Positions 59,138 through 64,000 of a stretch of 64,000 nt of DNA are shown here, piece after piece. Where the stretch lies: contig CAZQOQ010000015.1 in NCBI GenBank assembly GCA_964595205.1, positions 281,765-345,764 of the forward strand, written 5' to 3'. The DNA comes from an uncultured Flavobacteriales bacterium. GTDB taxonomy: Bacteria > Bacteroidota > Bacteroidia > AKYH767-A > 2013-40CM-41-45. Below the pieces are notes generated by a model that saw only the letters and a list, made by a program, of their open reading frames with translations, was not told where the DNA came from and did no database searches. The translations under genes and the position numbers were made by a program. Every line of letters begins with the position of its first letter. The first letter of the stretch is position 1.

Positions 59138-61000
59138 CTAGTCCTTCTTCTGTAAAATCAACGGAATGTTTCTTACCACCTGGCCGGACTTTTTGTCGAC
59201 TACTTTCAAATGATAAAAGCCGCTAGCATATTCATTCATTGCAAGGTTTAAGTCAGCTGCAGTCACCGGAACAGATATAACTTCTTTTCCAAGCTGATCA
59301 TTCAATTCCACCAGGAAATTTTCTGTCGAAAGATTATCATTAAAATGAATAGAGACAATCGACTCTACGGGATTCGGGTAAGCATTTATTAATGTAACGT
59401 ACCGGTTCTCTTCAATGCCATTCACGGAAAGTGAAACATCAAACGTATCGCACAGATTGCAGCCGTTTTGATCCGAAATGCAAAGACTGTAGTTGCCGAC
59501 CGGAATATTAAACCGGTCTTCTGAATTATAACCGTCCATCCACGAAAAAGTATAAGGAGAAGTTCCGCCTGTAATGCTAAGATTTATTGCGCCGTCGTTG
59601 CATCCGATGCAACTGACATTATTGATGATGGCAGTGTCTATGCTTATGTCGCAGTTTATTTTATTGTAGCGAACGATAAATGCATCATACATTAAGGAGC
59701 CGTTTACATTGACGCCATCGAAGTCGATATGATCCCAAAATTCCCCGCTGAAGAATAAATTGCCATAGGCATCAGATCCTGATCCGTGTCCGCGATCATG
59801 ATCGGGTCCCCCGAATGCTTTTATAAAGCGGAAATTACCGGAAGAGTCATAACTTGAAAAAAATGCATCTTCCTCACCATTGGAAGAAACTATTACTGTA
59901 TCGAATGTTGCATCATCCATGAAAGTTCCGCCGACGAATACATTTCCAAATAAGTCTGCAGTGATCCTGTTTCCGAAATCGATATTGTTTCCTCCTCCAC
60001 TCCTCACCCAGAGATTATTTCCGTTGTCGTCATAGGCTGCTACGAACATATCGGAACTGCCGTCTGAACTTACGGAATTAGATCCAAAAGAAGCATGACC
60101 TCTGAATTCACCGGTGCAGACAATTCTGCCGTTTGAGTTGATTGCAACATCCTGGCCGATGTCATCGCCCGAGCCTCCGCCGGAAACAGCCCATTGCAAT
60201 GATCCAAGCGTATCATATTTAGCCAGGAAGAAATCCTTGTCGCCGTCTGAATCAAGGGTAACAGAAGAATTAAAACGCGCCGAACCTTCGAAGCTTCCCG
60301 TCAGGTACACATACTCTCCCAGAACTGCCAGGCCAAATCCCTCATCAGAATCGGAGCCACCGATCTGTTTGTGCCACATTTTATCGCCATCCGGATTGAA
60401 CTTGATGAGAATGATATCCTCAGAGCCTCGCGAAGTAAAAAGTGTTGATCCGTTATAATATGCCTTTGCACGTGTTGTTCCTGCCGCATACACATTTCCA
60501 TTTGCATCACATGCGAGTGCATAACCGATGGTGCTTCCGGAATTTGTGCCGATGGATTTCACCCATAAAGAATGACCGGTAGAATCATATTTTGCAATGA
60601 ACATGTTGTTGGAACCCTGAGCGGTTTTTGATATACCTCCGAAGTCAGAAACCGTCTCGAACTCACCTGTAATGAAAACACTGCCTTCGTGGTCGACGTC
60701 TATCGAATAACCAATGTCGCCGTCAGTACCGCCGGCATGTTTTGCCCAGATCAGATTTCCGAGGGAATCATAGCGGGCAAGAAAAATATCATGACTTCCG
60801 TTGGAGGAAAGATGATATCCATCGAAGGATGCGGTATATTCTATCTGACCGGTTGTATAAAAATCGCCGGAGGGCTTGATCAGCAGGTCGTGGCAATCAT
60901 CATAGCCATCACTGATGATGGTATTGATGCGGGTTGGCGCCTGTCCTTTGAAATCTAAAAATGAAAAAACTAAAATGAGTGTGAGTAGTGTTCTGATCAT
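59138..61000 (-). CDS. secreted beta-propeller (SBBP-repeat) protein with T9SS type-A C-terminal sorting domain
   Basis: Signal peptide, >8 'G..DD.G..I..D..GN.Y..G.F' propeller blades, CTD 'LINAYPNPVESIVSIHFND...GFYHLKVVDKKSGQVVRNIPLILQ'. Confidence 0.7.
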   Translation of the reverse strand: MIRTLLTLILVFSFLDFKGQAPTRINTIISDGYDDCHDLLIKPSGDFYTTGQIEYTASFDGYHLSSNGSHDIFLARYDSLGNLIWAKHAGGTDGDIGYSIDVDHEGSVFITGEFETVSDFGGISKTAQGSNNMFIAKYDSTGHSLWVKSIGTNSGSTIGYALACDANGNVYAAGTTRAKAYYNGSTLFTSRGSEDIILIKFNPDGDKMWHKQIGGSDSDEGFGLAVLGEYVYLTGSFEGSARFNSSVTLDSDGDKDFFLAKYDTLGSLQWAVSGGGSGDDIGQDVAINSNGRIVCTGEFRGHASFGSNSVSSDGSSDMFVAAYDDNGNNLWVRSGGGNNIDFGNRITADLFGNVFVGGTFMDDATFDTVIVSSNGEEDAFFSSYDSSGNFRFIKAFGGPDHDRGHGSGSDAYGNLFFSGEFWDHIDFDGVNVNGSLMYDAFIVRYNKINCDISIDTAIINNVSCIGCNDGAINLSITGGTSPYTFSWMDGYNSEDRFNIPVGNYSLCISDQNGCNLCDTFDVSLSVNGIEENRYVTLINAYPNPVESIVSIHFNDNLSTENFLVELNDQLGKEVISVPVTAADLNLAMNEYASGFYHLKVVDKKSGQVVRNIPLILQKKD

Positions 61001-61121
61001 GCGCTATTATTGAAGTTTCAGCGATTGAAAGGTATGAAAATTTTTGAAAATGCTTTCGATTCCGGTCACACAAAATGAGCATTGGTGCACCTTTAAGGGG
61101 TAAGTGTCCGGTTTCTCCCGG

Positions 61122-62240
61122 CTAAACCGGATTGTACAGCGTATCTCTCTCAACAGCAATTCTTCCCGTACGCTCAATGAGTTCCACAAGCTGAGCGGAC
61201 GTAAGTACCGGGTTCTGTTCCTCGGCTCCTGCCATTGAATAAATTTTGGTGCTGTCGTCGATGGTGCCGTCGAGATCGTCAACACCAAACGACTGCGACA
61301 ATTGTGCGGTTGCACGTCCGATCATCGGCCAATAAGCTTTTACATGATTAAAATTGTCAAGATATATCCTTGATACGGCATAGTTTTTCAGATCTTCAAT
61401 AATGCTTTTCTCAGGTACACCCGACATTTCATTTCCCTGGTTACGAAACTTGAGCGGTATAAACGTATTGAATCCACCCGTGCGATCCTGCAACTGACGG
61501 AGTCTTTCCATATGATCGATCCGGTGATTATAATTTTCGATATGGCCGTAAAGCATGGTGGCATTGCTGTGCATGCCAATCCTGTGTGCAGTCTCGTGAA
61601 TTTCCAGCCATTCATCTGAGGTGCATTTATCGTTGCAGATCTTTGAACGGATCTCTTCGTGGAAGATTTCCGCCCCGCCGCCGGGAAGAGAATCCAGGCC
61701 GGCTGCATGTAAAAATCTCAGGCCTTCTTCGAATGACATTTTCGCTTTGCGGATCATGTATTCGAGTTCCACTGCCGTGAAGGCTTTGATGTGTAAATCC
61801 GGTCTGTGCGCTTTGATTTGTTTCAGGATGCCGGCAAAATAGAAAAGATCCATTTTCGGATGCACGCCGCCAACGATATGTACTTCGGTGACATCCCTAC
61901 CATCATAAGATCTGACCTTTTCAAGAATTTGTTCTGCACTCAACTCCCAGCCTTCTTCCCTGTTTTTAAGTGTTCGTGAATACGAACAAAAATTACAGGA
62001 AAACACACAAATGTTAGTAGGCTCGATATGAAAATTGCGGTTGAAAAAGGTTTTATTTCCATTCTTCTTTTCCCTCACATAATTGGCTAATGTGCCCAGG
62101 AAACCCGGCTCGCCTTCCTGGTATAACTTCAGGCCCTCTGCGGGCGTTATGCGCTGACTGGAAACCACTTTATCTGCAATCGACTGTAACTGACGGTCGG
62201 CTGAAATGTTTTTTATATAGTCAACAGATGATGAATTCAT
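61122..62240 (-). CDS. radical SAM enzyme of the MqnC/MqnE (futalosine-pathway menaquinone biosynthesis) / CofH family
   Basis: 'NRNFHIEPTNICVFSCNFCSYSR' (CxxxCxxC radical SAM cluster in the MqnC/E context), ~370 aa, TIM-barrel-like remainder. Confidence 0.6.
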   Translation of the reverse strand: MNSSSVDYIKNISADRQLQSIADKVVSSQRITPAEGLKLYQEGEPGFLGTLANYVREKKNGNKTFFNRNFHIEPTNICVFSCNFCSYSRTLKNREEGWELSAEQILEKVRSYDGRDVTEVHIVGGVHPKMDLFYFAGILKQIKAHRPDLHIKAFTAVELEYMIRKAKMSFEEGLRFLHAAGLDSLPGGGAEIFHEEIRSKICNDKCTSDEWLEIHETAHRIGMHSNATMLYGHIENYNHRIDHMERLRQLQDRTGGFNTFIPLKFRNQGNEMSGVPEKSIIEDLKNYAVSRIYLDNFNHVKAYWPMIGRATAQLSQSFGVDDLDGTIDDSTKIYSMAGAEEQNPVLTSAQLVELIERTGRIAVERDTLYNPV

Positions 62241-62492
62241 AGAGACTGCAAAAGTAAGGTTTTACAGGTAAAGACTTCATCTAAGCAGAAGATAATTCCA
62301 TGCAGATTCGTTTTCATTTTAAAACTGTAGTTTTAACGATTGGAAAAATGTGACTGTACAAATGCTCTTTCAAATGTGACTTTTCCCTGACACAATTGCC
62401 CCGAAGGATTTCAATATTTAAGTCATAAATCAAAAGCATTTTTCATCTATTTTTGAAATACCGTCAAATCTGAATTTCTAACATCTGACTAT

Positions 62493-63188
62493 ATGATAAG
62501 AATATTGCTAGTTGAAGACGAAGAGCATCTCCAGGAAGCCATCAAACTCAATCTTGAACTGGAGGGATACAAAGTGGTTGCAGTAGGAAACGGAATCGAG
62601 GCAGTAAAGGTATTTAAGCAGGAACGTTTCAACCTTGTTGTGCTGGACGTGATGCTTCCCGAACTCGACGGTTTCGGTGTATGCGAGGCCATACGCCTGC
62701 ATAATTCAAAGGTGCCGATCCTGTTCCTCTCGGCCAAGAATGCCAATGAGGACAAGATACTCGGATTGAAGCGGGGTGCAGATGATTACATGACAAAGCC
62801 GTTTAACCTGGAAGAATTTCTGCTGCGCGTGCATGCACTCCTGAAGCGTGGTATGAACAGCGACGAGAAAAAGGAAATGCATGATACATTCCGTTTCGAA
62901 GGAAATGAGGTAAACTTTCTCACTTTCGAAATAGTCGGCAAGGATAAAAAACCGATTCGTCTCACGAAAAAAGAAATTGCCCTCCTCAAACTATTAATCG
63001 AAAGAAGAAATGAAGTCGTATCACGCGAGCATATATTAGAATCCGTATGGGGCTACGACATCTATCCTTCCACCAGAACCGTTGATAATTTCATTCTGGC
63101 ATTCAGAAAGTATTTCGAAAAAGATCCGAAAGATCCGAAGTACTTTTTCTCGATTCGCGGTGTAGGTTATAAGTTCGTTTACAAATGA
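62493..63188 (+). CDS. OmpR-family two-component response regulator (REC + winged helix), no adjacent kinase
   Basis: 'ILLVEDEEH', 'LVVLDVMLPELDGFGV', 'LFLSAKN', 'YMTKPF', C-terminal 'LTKKEIALLKLLIERRNEVVSREHILESVWG...TVDNFILAFRKYF...IRGVGYKF'. Confidence 0.85.
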   Translation: MIRILLVEDEEHLQEAIKLNLELEGYKVVAVGNGIEAVKVFKQERFNLVVLDVMLPELDGFGVCEAIRLHNSKVPILFLSAKNANEDKILGLKRGADDYMTKPFNLEEFLLRVHALLKRGMNSDEKKEMHDTFRFEGNEVNFLTFEIVGKDKKPIRLTKKEIALLKLLIERRNEVVSREHILESVWGYDIYPSTRTVDNFILAFRKYFEKDPKDPKYFFSIRGVGYKFVYK

Positions 63189-63212
63189 TATTACTGTGGG
63201 TTTTTAAAAATG

Positions 63213-63246
63213 AAAAGTCGCCAGGTAGTTTCTGGCGACTTTTTTA
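63213..63246. terminator. bidirectional rho-independent terminator (12-bp stem AAAAGTCGCCAG / CTGGCGACTTTT, loop GTAGTTT, T-run)
   Basis: Perfect hairpin between the convergent response regulator (+) and the TonB-C protein (-). Confidence 0.7.
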
Positions 63247-63296
63247 TATGTAGATATGTGGTTTTTTATTTCACTCCAGGAAATTTTGAAGATACA

Positions 63297-63725
63297 TTAT
63301 TCTTTATTCATCGGAGGAGGAGTAATAAAATCGATCGGTAAAATATACTGAACATCTACGGGAGTACCGCCGGCGGTTCCCGGTTTCCAGTCAGGCATTA
63401 TTCCTACCACACGCAAGGCCTCATTATCGAGTTCATCCGAAGCGCTGCTGAGTATTCTTGGCTTCACTATTTTGCCATTCCTGTCTACCATAAAGCCAAC
63501 ATACACACGACCCTGGATGTGATTGATCTTTGCATTTTCAGGATAAGTGAGATTATTTTTTAAAAAGCTTTCCAGACTATCGGGGCCTCCGGGAAATTCC
63601 GGCTGAACCTGTGTTACGGTGACACCAAAGCCGGCTTTTACGCTTTTCTTTTCAGTGGATTTGGAATCCTGCCCAAAACCAACTGAAACAATCAATAGAA
63701 AACCTAAAAAAAGTAGTTTTTTCAT
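63297..63725 (-). CDS. periplasmic TonB C-terminal-domain protein (energy-transducer TonB family)
   Basis: Signal peptide MKKLLFLGFLLIVSVGFGQ. 'PEFPGGPDSLESFLKNNLTYPENA...GRVYVGFMVDRNGKIVKPRIL' is the TonB_C fold. Confidence 0.65.
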   Translation of the reverse strand: MKKLLFLGFLLIVSVGFGQDSKSTEKKSVKAGFGVTVTQVQPEFPGGPDSLESFLKNNLTYPENAKINHIQGRVYVGFMVDRNGKIVKPRILSSASDELDNEALRVVGIMPDWKPGTAGGTPVDVQYILPIDFITPPPMNKE

Positions 63726-64000
63726 ATCTGGTTATTCTAATTTCAAACCTAAGAGATTCTTCGGAGAAAAACAAATATTCACGGGTAATTTAAGACCGCC
63801 GATCGATGCTAAAATACCGCGCATATGCATGAAAAATCACGATTTTGACTTTTCCAATGCTGCATCTTTTGCTGTAAGGTTTTTCTTTTTCTGACTGATG
63901 ATTATCTCATGCATTCGCTCGACCACATTTAAAGTTATCGGGCAATATTCAATATTCTGAATATGGGTGCCGCTTATGTACAGTTTAAAGTCCCTGTATT

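Noticed and set aside
61007-61842. ORFs 61007-61315, 61388-61708, 61586-61780 and 61621-61842 overlapping the radical SAM gene
   Set aside because: All overlap a 372-aa ORF bearing a CxxxCxxC radical SAM motif. Spurious alternative frames.
63726-64000. Possible gene at the window end (ORF 63619-63894 + and minus-strand signal 63897-64000)
   Set aside because: The plus ORF overlaps the TonB-C gene start region and has a low-complexity translation. The minus-strand sequence is too short to call.

Overview
This window looks like a chromosomal segment from a Bacteroidota genome (Chitinophagia, Cytophagia or Flavobacteriia type). The evidence is several T9SS cargo proteins with type A and type B C-terminal sorting domains, a SusC/SusD pair, F-terminated outer-membrane beta-barrel proteins and lipoprotein signal peptides. 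Coding density is high and most genes are housekeeping: a porin-pstSCAB-phoU phosphate uptake cluster, pyrD, mntR-mntH, smpB, pcm, a Gfo/Idh oxidoreductase, an EPS priming sugar transferase, hbd, a thioesterase, miaE, rocD, rlmD, an NlpC/P60 peptidase, pyrR, aroK, Usp, terC, asnB, tRNA-Pro(GGG), a prolyl oligopeptidase, a Ddl-like ATP-grasp protein with a PASTA protein, rluD, a futalosine-pathway radical SAM enzyme and orphan response regulators. I found no integrase, transposase, CRISPR array, rRNA or recognisable defence genes. The items I would look at first are: (1) a fissioned or duplicated PhoB-like regulator (a stand-alone receiver plus a degenerate-receiver OmpR protein) directly upstream of the porin-pst-phoU cluster, with Pho-box-like 7-4-7 direct repeats; (2) a 901-aa protein made of two complete Ddl-type modules fused in tandem, in the ddl-PASTA-rluD neighbourhood; (3) a sensor histidine kinase followed by a kinase-less paralogue of its own sensor module and a TPR lipoprotein; (4) a GT51 transglycosylase with inverted domain order and a 450-aa unknown N-terminal domain; (5) a roughly 2570-aa T9SS type-B giant protein built from about 11 Cys-bracketed Ig-like repeats and about 20 PKD repeats, sitting next to tRNA-Pro and followed by an unusually long structured non-coding region; (6) DtxR/MntR operator palindromes and several short tandem-repeat arrays in intergenic regions. 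All calls rest on motifs read by eye in the ORF translations and the DNA; no database search was possible.
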